Shown here: piece by piece, positions 37,324 to 47,105 of the stretch
How the letters are laid out: each line of letters begins with the position of its first letter
How positions within the stretch are numbered: position 1 is the first letter of the stretch
Assembly (NCBI RefSeq): GCF_032380675.1
Contig: NZ_JAWDIX010000004.1
Span: 95,560 to 159,559, forward strand
DNA from: Anaerolentibacter hominis
GTDB taxonomy: Bacteria > Bacillota > Clostridia > Lachnospirales > Lachnospiraceae
Length of the DNA: 64,000 bases
Reading direction: 5' to 3'
Notes under the pieces: generated by a model
What the model was told of the DNA's origin: nothing
Database searches by the model: none
The model's input: only the letters and a program-made list of their open reading frames with translations
Position numbers and translations under genes: made by a program

Positions 37324-38019
37324 CTATTCACCCGGCACATTGCCGGAAAGTATATTTTTGATTCCTTTTCTGGTTATATTGTCCAGGCTGTTCTGAATGT
37401 GTTCATGAGCTAACTCCTCGGCGCGGTCCGGATTTCCGGAGCGAAATGCCTCCACGATAGCCGCATGTTCACTGATGCAGTCCCGGGACCTTGTGGTGGA
37501 TGATAAGGTATGTGTCCGGATGCGGTGTACGTAGCTGTGAAAATCAGTCAGAACCCGCCGGAGCATTTTGCTCCCGGAGGCTTCATAGATAATGTTGTGG
37601 AATTTATCATCCAGCTCCACCAGCTGCTCCGTATTTTTCTTATCCGCATGAAATTTGGCCAGATAGATTATTTCATCCAGCTCTGTCAGCTGTTCCGGCG
37701 TGATTTTCTCACACGCCCACCGGCAGCACAGCCCTTCCAGATAAGAACGGATCGCATAGATATCATTGATATCCCGCTCTGTAATACCGGTGACATAGGC
37801 ACCTTTATTGGGAATGATGGTAACGAGACCCTCCAGCTCCAGCTGCCGCAGGGCTTCCCGGACCGGAGTCCGGCTTACTCCCAGTTCTTTCCCGATTGCA
37901 GATTCTTTTAATTCTTCATTTTCCTGGTATTTCCCATCCAGAATATCATCCCGTATCCGTGCGAAAACCCTGCCACGGAGGGAATACTTATCGGCGGAAT
38001 CTCTGCCGTCTTCAACCAT
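37324..38019 (-). CDS. GntR-family (FadR/FCD subfamily) transcriptional regulator
   Basis: N-terminal winged HTH (ESAIGKELGVSRTPVREALRQLELEGL) plus C-terminal FCD-like helical domain. Confidence 0.8.
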   Translation of the reverse strand: MVEDGRDSADKYSLRGRVFARIRDDILDGKYQENEELKESAIGKELGVSRTPVREALRQLELEGLVTIIPNKGAYVTGITERDINDIYAIRSYLEGLCCRWACEKITPEQLTELDEIIYLAKFHADKKNTEQLVELDDKFHNIIYEASGSKMLRRVLTDFHSYVHRIRTHTLSSTTRSRDCISEHAAIVEAFRSGNPDRAEELAHEHIQNSLDNITRKGIKNILSGNVPGE

Positions 38020-38037
38020 CCTGCTGCCTCCTGTATT

Positions 38038-39432
38038 TTATTGCAGAGTTACTCCAAGTGTTGAGCAGTATTCATCAATAATTGTTGTCAGTTCGGCATC
38101 CGTAATAACTGTTATTCTGCCGTCCTCATACTGGCGGTCCACCCATTCTTTTACCTTTGCAATCAAAGGATGCGCCTTATCGAGAGCTTTCTCTCCCGTC
38201 AGGCTGTAATAGGAGTTAATCCAGTGAGCGATGCCGGCCAGGCCGGATGTATTGGAAACAGCCACTCTTACAGGACGGTTCAGGAATTTTGCCGTATCAA
38301 AAATATTATAAATTTCTTCGTTCTTTAAGAGGCCATCCGCGTGGATACCCGCACGGGTCACATTAAAGTTGCTGCCCACAAACGGAGTTCTGGAAGGCAC
38401 TCTGTAGTTCAGCTCCTTCTGATAATACTCTGCCAGCTCTGTGATGACTGTAGTGTCCATTCCGTCCAGAGTGCCCTTTAACTGAGCGTACTCAAATACC
38501 ATTGCCTCCAGAGGGGTATTGCCGGTACGTTCTCCGATGCCGAATAAAGAACAGTTAACGCCGGATGCTCCATAGAGCCATGCGGTAGTAGAGTTGACAA
38601 CCGCCTTGTAGAAATCGTTGTGTCCATGCCACTCCAACTGAGAGGAAGGAACGCCGGCATGGGTCAAAAGACCATAAATAATACCCTGAACAGAACGGGG
38701 GATAACGGCTCCTGATAAGTTGACGCCGTAGCCCATGGTATCGCAGGCACGGATTTTAACCGGAATACCATATTCTTTGCTTAATTTCATCAGTTCCAGA
38801 CAAAATGGAATGACAAAGCCATAGATGTCGGCCCGGGTAATATCTTCCAGATGACATCTGGCTGAAATGCCGGTCTCCAGACATTCCTTCACTACGCTGA
38901 GATAGTGTTCCATCGCCTGTTTTCTGGTCATTTTCATTTTATAGAAAATATGATAGTCGGAACAGCTGACCAGAATACCGGTCTGTTTCATCCCGATCTC
39001 TTTGACCAGCTCAAAATCCTTCTTGTTGGCACGAATCCAGGAAGTAACCTCAGGGAACTCATAACCTCGTTCCATACATTTATAAACCGCATCCCGGTCT
39101 TTCTTGCTGTAAAGGAAAAATTCACTCTGGCGAATCAGGCCCTTCGGGCCGCCCAGACGGTGCAGGTAATCGAAAATGGTCACGATCTGTTCCGTGGTAT
39201 AAGGGGTTCTGGACTGCTGCCCGTCCCGGAATGTAGTATCGGTGATCCAGATATCCTCCGGCATATTATGGGGAACAATTCTGTCATTGAAAGCAATTTT
39301 CGGAATCTCATCATAAGGGAACAGGTTCCTGAAAACGTTTGGCAGTTCAACATCTACCAGTGGATAAATATGTTCTTCCAGCGTAAGGAGATGTGTATTG
39401 GGATTTAATGTTACTTTTCTGTCTTGCATCAT
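38038..39432 (-). CDS. HMGL-like (DRE-TIM) family synthase related to 2-isopropylmalate/homocitrate/Re-citrate synthases
   Basis: hallmark ITDTTFRDGQQ motif and TIM-barrel metal ligands (HGHND); 464 aa, lacks the LeuA regulatory domain. Confidence 0.65.
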   Translation of the reverse strand: MMQDRKVTLNPNTHLLTLEEHIYPLVDVELPNVFRNLFPYDEIPKIAFNDRIVPHNMPEDIWITDTTFRDGQQSRTPYTTEQIVTIFDYLHRLGGPKGLIRQSEFFLYSKKDRDAVYKCMERGYEFPEVTSWIRANKKDFELVKEIGMKQTGILVSCSDYHIFYKMKMTRKQAMEHYLSVVKECLETGISARCHLEDITRADIYGFVIPFCLELMKLSKEYGIPVKIRACDTMGYGVNLSGAVIPRSVQGIIYGLLTHAGVPSSQLEWHGHNDFYKAVVNSTTAWLYGASGVNCSLFGIGERTGNTPLEAMVFEYAQLKGTLDGMDTTVITELAEYYQKELNYRVPSRTPFVGSNFNVTRAGIHADGLLKNEEIYNIFDTAKFLNRPVRVAVSNTSGLAGIAHWINSYYSLTGEKALDKAHPLIAKVKEWVDRQYEDGRITVITDAELTTIIDEYCSTLGVTLQ

Positions 39433-39516
39433 AATTCCTCCCTTTTGAATACAGCGGTTTCAATAAATGCCGCCGGGATTATCCAGTCAGTTTATTTCAA
39501 ATAATGATTTTGTATT

Positions 39517-39528
39517 ATTGTATACAAT
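39517..39528. promoter_or_regulatory. perfect 12-bp palindrome ATTGTATACAAT in divergent intergenic region (candidate GntR-type operator)
   Basis: sits in the 340-bp divergent region between the HMGL-like synthase and carbamate kinase; GntR/FadR operators are typically GT-N-AC palindromes. Confidence 0.4.
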
Positions 39529-39770
39529 TATACGTTTTCTGTCAATAACAGAACCGGCGTTTTTTGGAAAATTCTGTAGTTTCGTTTATTTCACTAACTC
39601 TTTCTTTTGCATACCCATGAAGTATGTTAAAATAGACAAAACTATTTAAGAGTTGCATGTATCATATCATGGTAAGATATATAGGAAAAGCAGATATCTT
39701 TCATATATATTATAGGTTAATTAAATATTCCGGATGCGTGACGGCAGACAGGATAGAAGGAGGAAGTGTT

Positions 39771-40712
39771 ATGAACAGGGGAAGAAAAATTGTAGTGGCA
39801 TTGGGACGGGGAGCATTTGGCACGATATTTCCAGATCAGAAAAAGGCGGTAAAGCATGCGGCGGCAGCTATAGCCGACCTGGTGGAGGAAGGTTTCCGGG
39901 TTGTCGTCACTCACAGCAATGGCCCCCAGGTAGGCATGATTCATACTGCGATGACAGAGTTTCATCGTTTGGACACCTCCTATCCGGTGGCGCCCATGTC
40001 CGTCTGCGCTGCTATGAGCCAGGGCTATATCGGCTACGATCTTCAGAATGCCATTCGGACTGAGTTGATTGACAGAGGGCTGTTCTGTCCGGTTTCCACC
40101 GTGATTACCCAGGTTAAGGTGGATGCGTTTGACAAGGCTTTTGCCAATCCGACCAAGCTGATAGGAAGGCTGATGTCGGCGGAAGAAGCAAAGGAAGAGG
40201 AGAAGAAGGGCAATTACGTTACGAATGTGGGAGAAGGGCAGTACCGCCGGTTGGTTGCAGCGCCGGAGCCGCTGGAAATATATGAAATAGACGCGATTAA
40301 AGCTTTGACGGATGCCGGACAGGTGGTAATTGCTGCCGGCGGAGGGGGCATTCCTGTGCTGGAACAGGGTTCCAGGTTAAAGGGTGCCAGCGCGGTGATT
40401 GAAAAAGATCTTACCGGAGGAAAGCTGGCGGAGGACCTGGACGCGGATGTCCTGCTGTTCTTAACTGGAGTGGAACGGGTTTCACTGAACTTTGGGTCGG
40501 CAGCGCAGGAGCCGCTGGAGCGGATGACTGCGGCGCAGGCAGAAGAATATAAGGCGCAGAACCAGTTCATGCCGGGAGCGATGCTGCCGAAGATAGAGGC
40601 AGGTATCCGGTTCGTAAAGGAACATCCGGACAGAAAGGCAATTGTTGCCCATCTTGACCAGGCGCTGGAAGCCCTTAAGGGCAGAACGGGTACAGTAATT
40701 ACGGAGGCATAA
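39771..40712 (+). CDS. arcC: carbamate kinase
   Basis: amino-acid-kinase fold; N-terminus MNRGRKIVVALGG...THSNGPQVG typical of carbamate kinases; start ATG 39771 with AAGGAGGA SD. Confidence 0.75.
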   Translation: MNRGRKIVVALGRGAFGTIFPDQKKAVKHAAAAIADLVEEGFRVVVTHSNGPQVGMIHTAMTEFHRLDTSYPVAPMSVCAAMSQGYIGYDLQNAIRTELIDRGLFCPVSTVITQVKVDAFDKAFANPTKLIGRLMSAEEAKEEEKKGNYVTNVGEGQYRRLVAAPEPLEIYEIDAIKALTDAGQVVIAAGGGGIPVLEQGSRLKGASAVIEKDLTGGKLAEDLDADVLLFLTGVERVSLNFGSAAQEPLERMTAAQAEEYKAQNQFMPGAMLPKIEAGIRFVKEHPDRKAIVAHLDQALEALKGRTGTVITEA

Positions 40713-40751
40713 AAAAGGGGATGCTGCGGCAGGGCAGCATCCCCTTTTTTT
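40711..40751. terminator. bidirectional terminator
   Basis: GGGGATGCTGC-ggcaggg-CAGCATCCCC followed by TTTTTTT. Confidence 0.8.
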
Positions 40752-42660
40752 ATCCTTCCAGTTCTTCCCACTCTGAGAAAAGCGTCTCCAGCGTGGAAGT
40801 GATTTCTTCTTTCCGGTTATTTAGTTCGATTAGCCTGGCAGGATTCGTATAATTTTCTTCCAGTGACAGCGCCGCGTCCAGCTTTTCGTTTTCCTCTTCC
40901 AGAGCCTGAATTTCCTCTTCAATTTTTTTCAGCCGGTTTTCGATTCTCCGTCTTGCGGCCTGCTCTTCCTTTTTCTGCTGCCAGGTCAGCTTTCCGTCCG
41001 GCTCCCTGGCATCTGTCCTGCACGAGGCTTCCTGATTAAGCAGTCTTGCCTCCAGCTCCTCTTTCTTTTCCAGATAGTAGTCATAGTTACCCAGATAATT
41101 AATCAGCTGCGTCTGTGTCAGATCCAGGATGCGGGTGGCCGTTTTATTGATAAAATACCTGTCGTGGGATACATAGAGAACCGTACCGGTATAGTGATTC
41201 AGCGCATTCTCCAGTATTTCCTTTGACGTGATATCCAGATGGTTGGTCGGCTCATCCAGAATGAGCAGGTTTGCCTCGGAAAGCATCAGCTTGGCCAGAG
41301 ATACGCGCCCTCTCTCCCCGCCGCTTAAATCTCCGATCCGCTTGAATACATCGTCGCCGGTAAAGAGAAATGAGGCCAGCAGATTGCGGATCTTTGTATT
41401 ATCAAGCCAGGGATACTCGTCCTGAATTTCATCAAAGACAGTCTTATCCATATTGAGAACGTGATGCTCCTGATCGTAATAACCGATTTTAACCTTGGAA
41501 CCCAGGCGGATATCCCCTGCATCCGCGGGCAGCAGACCATTTATTATTTTTAATATTGTGGTTTTGCCGGTGCCGTTTTTACCGATGATCGCTACCTTTT
41601 CCTCGCGTTTAATGGAGAATGATAAGTCCCAGAACAAGGTCTGACTGCCGAAAGCTTTTGCCAGCCCTTCCACATCCAGAACATCGGTTCCGCTGACGAT
41701 GGATGGAGTCAGCTCTATGGATATCTGCGCTTCCTCGGTAACGGGCTTATCCAGCACGTCCATTTTGTTCAGCAGCTTTTCGCGGCTTTCCGCCCGCCGG
41801 ATGGATTTTTCCCGGTTGAAGGAGCGCAGCTTTGCTATCACTTCCTCCTGATGGCGGATTTCCCTCTGCTGATTCAGGTATTGTTTAATCTGAGCGTCCC
41901 GAAGCATCGCTTTCTTTTTGGCGTAGTCGGTGTAATTTCCTATATAACAGGAAGCACTGCACCGCTCAATTTCCACAACCTTGCCAACTACCTTATCCAG
42001 AAAATACCGGTCATGAGATACAATGACAACCGTACCTTTATAATTCAGAAGATAATTTTCCAGCCAGGCGATGGACACGAGATCCAGATGGTTGGTCGGC
42101 TCGTCCAGAAGGATGATATCCGGCCTGGAAAGGAGAAGCTTACCCAGGAAAACCCTGGTTTTCTGACCGCCGGAAAGAGTAGAAACAGATTTGGTAAATT
42201 CCTCTTCCTCAAACCCCAGTCCTTTAAGAACCCCGGTTACTTCACTTTTATACGCATAACCGTTCTGCTGTTCAAATTCATGGTTCAATCTGGCGTACCG
42301 ATCCAGCGCATCCTTAAGTTCCGGCCCGGAGAGGGAGGCCATCTCGTTTTCCAATGTGCGGATACGGTCATTCAATGCAATAACGTCCGCCTTAACGGAA
42401 AGAAGTTCCTCATAGATGGACCGTTCTGATGTCAGATCCTGATGCTGGGCCAGATAACCGATGGTGGTATCCTTGGCTAAAATCACTTCCCCTGCATCCG
42501 CAGCCAGTTCGCCCATGATGATTTTAAGAAGAGTCGATTTGCCGGCCCCGTTCATTCCGATAACGGCGGCCTTTTCCCGTTCATTTATATGAAAAGATAT
42601 ATTCTCTAAAATTTTGTCTGTTCCAAACGATTTACATATCCCCTGGCATGCAAGTATCAT
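40750..42660 (-). CDS. ABC-F family ATPase (two ABC domains, no TMD)
   Basis: duplicated Walker A (GMNGAGKST / GKNGTGKTT), duplicated signature LSGGQ/LSGGE, inter-domain linker and C-terminal coiled coil. Confidence 0.85.
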   Translation of the reverse strand: MILACQGICKSFGTDKILENISFHINEREKAAVIGMNGAGKSTLLKIIMGELAADAGEVILAKDTTIGYLAQHQDLTSERSIYEELLSVKADVIALNDRIRTLENEMASLSGPELKDALDRYARLNHEFEQQNGYAYKSEVTGVLKGLGFEEEEFTKSVSTLSGGQKTRVFLGKLLLSRPDIILLDEPTNHLDLVSIAWLENYLLNYKGTVVIVSHDRYFLDKVVGKVVEIERCSASCYIGNYTDYAKKKAMLRDAQIKQYLNQQREIRHQEEVIAKLRSFNREKSIRRAESREKLLNKMDVLDKPVTEEAQISIELTPSIVSGTDVLDVEGLAKAFGSQTLFWDLSFSIKREEKVAIIGKNGTGKTTILKIINGLLPADAGDIRLGSKVKIGYYDQEHHVLNMDKTVFDEIQDEYPWLDNTKIRNLLASFLFTGDDVFKRIGDLSGGERGRVSLAKLMLSEANLLILDEPTNHLDITSKEILENALNHYTGTVLYVSHDRYFINKTATRILDLTQTQLINYLGNYDYYLEKKEELEARLLNQEASCRTDAREPDGKLTWQQKKEEQAARRRIENRLKKIEEEIQALEEENEKLDAALSLEENYTNPARLIELNNRKEEITSTLETLFSEWEELEG

Positions 42661-42775
42661 ATCGTCACCTGTTATTCTTAATTTACGCGCGGCCGGCCCG
42701 GATGCAGGTTTCCTCCGTCCGAAACAGCCGCTGTTCTGTGCATTCGTACTTGATTATACTGGCAAAAATACAGGC

Positions 42776-42811
42776 TGTCAAATTGACAACAGTATTCCTT
42801 TCTTATATAAT
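42776..42811 (+). promoter_or_regulatory. rex promoter TTGACA-17-TATAAT with TGTCAA-a-TTGACA palindrome overlapping -35
   Basis: exact hexamers with 17-nt spacer; 6-bp inverted arms centred on the -35. Confidence 0.55.
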
Positions 42812-42903
42812 GAAACATAGTATTCAGGGGCAATAGAGGCTGGCCTGTGATCTGTACGGTGTAAGAAGAGAAGAAAGCCGGAGCGTTTGTACGGGAGGGA
42901 AAC

Positions 42904-43548
42904 ATGAGCAGTAAATATATTTCTTTGGCAGTGATTCGGAGACTGCCCACCTATTATAGGTATCTGGGCAGATTAATGGAGAATAATGTGGAACGGATTT
43001 CCTCCAAGGAACTGAGCGAGGAACTGCAGATGACTGCTTCCCAGATCCGTCAGGATCTGAATAATTTTGGCGGGTTTGGCCAGCAGGGATATGGTTATAA
43101 TGTAGAAAATTTATATAACGAGATTGGAAAAATCCTGGGCGTGGATCAGCCGCACAATATGATCATTATTGGAGCCGGAAACCTGGGCCAGGCGCTTGCA
43201 AATTATACAACTTTTGAGAAAAGGAACTTTAAAATAATCGGTATTTTTGATGTGAATCCTAAATTTATCGGAATGACGATAAGAGGGGTTGAGATCAGAG
43301 ACGTGGACGAGCTGGAGGAATTTATCAAGAGCAATGAGGTCCATATGGCGGCTCTTACGATTCCGAAGAATCATGCGCCGAAGGTGGCTTCTGACATTGT
43401 GAAATGGGGCGTTAAGTCAATCTGGAATTTTGCGCCCGTGGATTTGAAACTGCCGTCAGATGTACTGGTAGAGAATGTCCATCTGCTGGACAGTCTGATG
43501 CGTTTGTCCTACAGTCTGAAGGCACTGGAGGAAGAGAAGAGAGTATAA
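42904..43548 (+). CDS. rex: redox-sensing transcriptional repressor Rex
   Basis: N-terminal winged helix (VIRRLPTYYRYL) plus Rossmann NADH-binding domain (GAGNLG). Confidence 0.9.
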   Translation: MSSKYISLAVIRRLPTYYRYLGRLMENNVERISSKELSEELQMTASQIRQDLNNFGGFGQQGYGYNVENLYNEIGKILGVDQPHNMIIIGAGNLGQALANYTTFEKRNFKIIGIFDVNPKFIGMTIRGVEIRDVDELEEFIKSNEVHMAALTIPKNHAPKVASDIVKWGVKSIWNFAPVDLKLPSDVLVENVHLLDSLMRLSYSLKALEEEKRV

Positions 43549-43577
43549 GCCCGGGAATAGCCGGATTTGGAGAAATT

Positions 43578-43937
43578 ATGATTCTGGGACTTGGAACAGA
43601 TTTGATTGAGAACGGCAGAATTGAAAAGGCTTGTGAAAAAGAACGGTTTCTTGCGAAGTATTACACGGAACAGGAAATGGTTCTTCTTCAATATAGGAGG
43701 GCAAGTGCCGCGGGAAACTTTGCCGTGAAGGAAGCGGCGGCGAAGGCTCTGGGGACGGGATTCCGCACATTTTCACCCATTCATGTGGAGGTGCTCAGGG
43801 ATGAGCTTGGCAAACCCTTCGTCACATTCCGCGGCGAAGCGGCTAAGATTGCTGAAAGGATGGGAGTCCGGAAGATACATGTTTCGATTTCTGATACCGC
43901 GCTCTATGCGGTGGCGGTGGTGATACTTGAAGATTAG
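43578..43937 (+). CDS. acpS: holo-[acyl-carrier-protein] synthase
   Basis: 119 aa, MILGLGTDLIE N-terminus and 4'-phosphopantetheinyl transferase fold. Confidence 0.85.
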   Translation: MILGLGTDLIENGRIEKACEKERFLAKYYTEQEMVLLQYRRASAAGNFAVKEAAAKALGTGFRTFSPIHVEVLRDELGKPFVTFRGEAAKIAERMGVRKIHVSISDTALYAVAVVILED

Positions 43938-43981
43938 GGAAATGCAGGCATGCATTTCCCTCTGACATAGAAGCAGGGATT

Positions 43982-45466
43982 ATGGAAATGAACATTTTAG
44001 TCGATGAAAAAGAAATGAAAGATATTGATTCCTACTCCATCCATACGGCGGGTATTCCCTCGCTGGAGCTGATGGAGCGGGCGGCGGCAGCAGTTGCCGA
44101 CTGTGTTGAACAGAGCATTCATGTACAGGACCGGATACTTGCTGTCTGCGGGTCGGGAAACAACGGCGGAGACGGCGTTGCGGCGGCCAGAATTTTAAAG
44201 AACCGGGGTTATCAGGCGGATGTACTTTATTGCGGCAGCAGAGAGCATGCCAGCGCGGAGAACAGAGAACAGATCCGAAGGGCAGAACTTTCAGGGGTTG
44301 CCATCTATGACAATATTGCTCTGGAAGAATATACTGTAATTGTGGATGCTGTTTTTGGCATCGGGCTCTCAAGACCGCTGGAAGGAAAATACCGGGAGTT
44401 GGCAGAGCAGATTAATGGCTCGGGACTGCCGGTTTTTGCTGTGGATATCCCTTCCGGTATTCACGGAGGAAGCGGTTTAACGCTTGGCACAGCGATCAGG
44501 GCAACGGAGACCATAACATTTGGTTACGAGAAGACCGGACTGGTTCTATATCCGGGGAGAGAGTACGCTGGAAAAGTGACCGTTGCGGATATTGGATTCT
44601 CGCCGGAAGGAGAGAAGCGGGTAAATCCTGCCTGTTTTACTTATGGCAGGGAAGATATCAGCAGACTGCCGGCCCGTCCGGCCTATTCAAACAAAGGGAC
44701 ATTCGGGCGGGTGCTGGTCATTGCCGGAAGCAAAACTATATCCGGCGCCGCCTATTTATCTGCTGCCGGCGCTTACCGGATGGGAGCGGGACTGGTACGG
44801 GTGCTGACCAGACCGGAAAACAGAACAATTCTGGGCACGCTGCTGCCGGAAGCTTTGCTGGACACCTATGAAAATCCCGTGCTGGAGGAGCAAAAGATCC
44901 TGGATGCACTGTCCTGGGCAAGTGCGGTTGTAATCGGGCCTGGCATAGGCAGGGATCAGACAGCGGAGGATCTGGTGGAGCTTGTCATAAGCCGGGTTTT
45001 AGTACCGATCGTGATTGATGCGGACGCCCTTTATTTTCTGAACGGGCCGATCCCTGATCAGGCAATCCTGACTCCCCACCTGAAAGAGATGGCTGCACTG
45101 GCAGGCACAAGCGTGCAGGATATCGCGGGAGACTTAAGAGGAACAGCCTGGAGATTCACAAAAAATAATGGGGGAATTCTGGTTCTGAAAGACGCGGCCA
45201 CACTGGTTGCCAACGGCCAACGGATGTATATCAATAAGTCCGGGTGCAGCGGCATGGCGACGGGAGGCTCGGGAGACGTTCTGACCGGGATTCTGGCCGG
45301 ACTTCTGGCCCAGGGAATGGAACCTTTTGACGCGGCCTGCCTGGGAGTATATCTGCATGGCAGTGCAGGAGAGGCGGCAGCCGGGCAAAAGACGGAATAC
45401 TGTATGATGGCAAGTGATATCATCGAATTATTGCCGAGGATAATAAAGGAGAGCATAAACCAATGA
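43982..45466 (+). CDS. nnr: bifunctional NAD(P)H-hydrate epimerase/dehydratase (YjeF_N + YjeF_C)
   Basis: N-terminal YjeF_N (GSGNNGGDG) and C-terminal carbohydrate-kinase-like domain (GGSGDVLTG). Confidence 0.85.
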   Translation: MEMNILVDEKEMKDIDSYSIHTAGIPSLELMERAAAAVADCVEQSIHVQDRILAVCGSGNNGGDGVAAARILKNRGYQADVLYCGSREHASAENREQIRRAELSGVAIYDNIALEEYTVIVDAVFGIGLSRPLEGKYRELAEQINGSGLPVFAVDIPSGIHGGSGLTLGTAIRATETITFGYEKTGLVLYPGREYAGKVTVADIGFSPEGEKRVNPACFTYGREDISRLPARPAYSNKGTFGRVLVIAGSKTISGAAYLSAAGAYRMGAGLVRVLTRPENRTILGTLLPEALLDTYENPVLEEQKILDALSWASAVVIGPGIGRDQTAEDLVELVISRVLVPIVIDADALYFLNGPIPDQAILTPHLKEMAALAGTSVQDIAGDLRGTAWRFTKNNGGILVLKDAATLVANGQRMYINKSGCSGMATGGSGDVLTGILAGLLAQGMEPFDAACLGVYLHGSAGEAAAGQKTEYCMMASDIIELLPRIIKESINQ

Positions 45467-46647
45467 AAGAATATTACCGGGTATGTGCCGACATCGATCT
45501 GGATGCCATTTATGACAATATAGAAGAGACAAGAAAACGACTGAATCCACAAACACAGATAATGGCGGTGATCAAGGCGGATGCCTATGGGCACGGGGCG
45601 GTTCCTGTGGCCGGGATGCTGGAGCGGATTACGGACAGTTTTGGCGTGGCTATTGCGGAGGAAGCGCTGGAACTGCGCAGCGCAGGCATACGCAAACCGG
45701 TATTGATCTTGGGATATACGCCGGCGCCTTTTTATGAAGAGCTGGCAGAGCAGGATATTTCCCAGACTGTATTTCAGTATGAAATGGCCTGTAAATTATC
45801 TGAGGCGGCTATAAAAGTAGGAAAGCCGATTAAGATACACATTAAGGTGGATACCGGGATGAGCCGGATCGGATTTATGCCGGCGGAAGAAAGCCTCAGG
45901 ATAATCGGGCAGATTCAGAAGCTGCCGGGACTGATTCTGGAAGGAATATTTACGCATTTTGCAAGTTCAGACTCTGCAGACAAGACACAGGCCAGAGAGC
46001 AGCTCAGAAAATTTCTGGATTTTACGGCAGATCTTGAGAACAAGGGAATCAGGATTCCTGTCCGGCATGCGGCCAACAGTGCGGCGATTATGGAGATGCC
46101 TGAGTCACAGCTGGAGATGGTGCGCAGCGGTATCTCCACTTATGGTATGTATCCGTCCGATGAAGTGGATCAAGGCAGACTTAAATTGTGTCCGGCCATG
46201 TCGGTGCACGCGTATGTATCTTATGTTAAGACGCTGCCGGAAGGAGTGGGAGTCAGCTACGGGAGTACCTTTATCACCGGCCGGGATACGGTGGTGGCAA
46301 CGATTCCGGTGGGGTATGCGGACGGCTATTCCAGACAGCTGTCCAATCAGGGCCGTGTACTGATTCATGGGAAATCCGCTCCCATTATCGGAAGGGTATG
46401 TATGGATCAGTTTATGGTGGATGTGACCGATATTCCTGATGTGAAGGAGGGGGATACGGCTACTCTGATGGGGCGGGACCAAGATGAAATAATTACTGCC
46501 GAAGAAATAGGTTCCATGACACATTCCTTTAATTATGAGGTTGTATGTGATGTGGGAAAGAGGGTCCCGAGAGCTTACTACAGGCATGGAGAGAAGGTGG
46601 CGACGTACGATCACTATGAATACAGCCCCTTGTCGTACTCCAAGTAG
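45463..46647 (+). CDS. alr: alanine racemase
   Basis: PLP-Lys motif AVIKADAYGHG, 394 aa; overlaps nnr stop (ATGA). Confidence 0.9.
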   Translation: MKEYYRVCADIDLDAIYDNIEETRKRLNPQTQIMAVIKADAYGHGAVPVAGMLERITDSFGVAIAEEALELRSAGIRKPVLILGYTPAPFYEELAEQDISQTVFQYEMACKLSEAAIKVGKPIKIHIKVDTGMSRIGFMPAEESLRIIGQIQKLPGLILEGIFTHFASSDSADKTQAREQLRKFLDFTADLENKGIRIPVRHAANSAAIMEMPESQLEMVRSGISTYGMYPSDEVDQGRLKLCPAMSVHAYVSYVKTLPEGVGVSYGSTFITGRDTVVATIPVGYADGYSRQLSNQGRVLIHGKSAPIIGRVCMDQFMVDVTDIPDVKEGDTATLMGRDQDEIITAEEIGSMTHSFNYEVVCDVGKRVPRAYYRHGEKVATYDHYEYSPLSYSK

Positions 46648-46746
46648 AAAAGAAAACCGGCATTTTATAGAATACGTGAGAAAAAACAGGGAATACTGTT
46701 ACTAGCAAAATGCTAGATCGTAGCTATAAAATGGAGTGTGAAAAAA

Positions 46747-47094
46747 GTGGTCATTCGACGAGGTGATATATTTTATGCAGATCTGCGTCCGGTAATCGGT
46801 TCGGAGCAGGGAGGGGTAAGGCCGGTTCTGATTGTTCAGAATGATACCGGCAACAAACACAGCCCCACTGTAATCTGTGCGGCGATTACATCCAGGATGA
46901 ATAAGGCAAAACTGCCGACTCATGTGGAGATCAGCGCAGAAAAGTATGGTATCGTAAAAGATTCTGTTATATTATTAGAACAAGTACGTACAATTGATAA
47001 ATCAAGGCTGAAGGAAAAGGTGTGCCATCTGGACGATCAAATCCTGAAAAAGATCGACAGGGCGCTGATGATTAGTTTTTCCCTTGATACATAA
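46747..47094 (+). CDS. mazF: MazF/EndoA (NdoA)-type endoribonuclease toxin, no cognate antitoxin gene adjacent
   Basis: very high similarity to B. subtilis EndoA along the whole length ([31 protein letters not shown]...); GTG 46747 with GGAGTG SD (track start 46738); only about 99 nt separate it from alr. Confidence 0.8.
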   Translation: MVIRRGDIFYADLRPVIGSEQGGVRPVLIVQNDTGNKHSPTVICAAITSRMNKAKLPTHVEISAEKYGIVKDSVILLEQVRTIDKSRLKEKVCHLDDQILKKIDRALMISFSLDT

Positions 47095-47105
47095 GAGAAA
47101 GGAAG

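Noticed and set aside
37287-37325. Direct repeat CCAGTAGGCGTTT x2 after the DUF1653 terminator
   Set aside because: Only 13 bp, adjacent copies in a terminator spacer. Most likely a slippage duplication with no functional inference possible.
46710-46766. 18-codon ORF in the alr-mazF gap as a possible mini-antitoxin
   Set aside because: No RBS. Overlaps the mazF SD and start. Far shorter than any MazE/EndoAI. Left as unlikely, but noted in the mazF finding.
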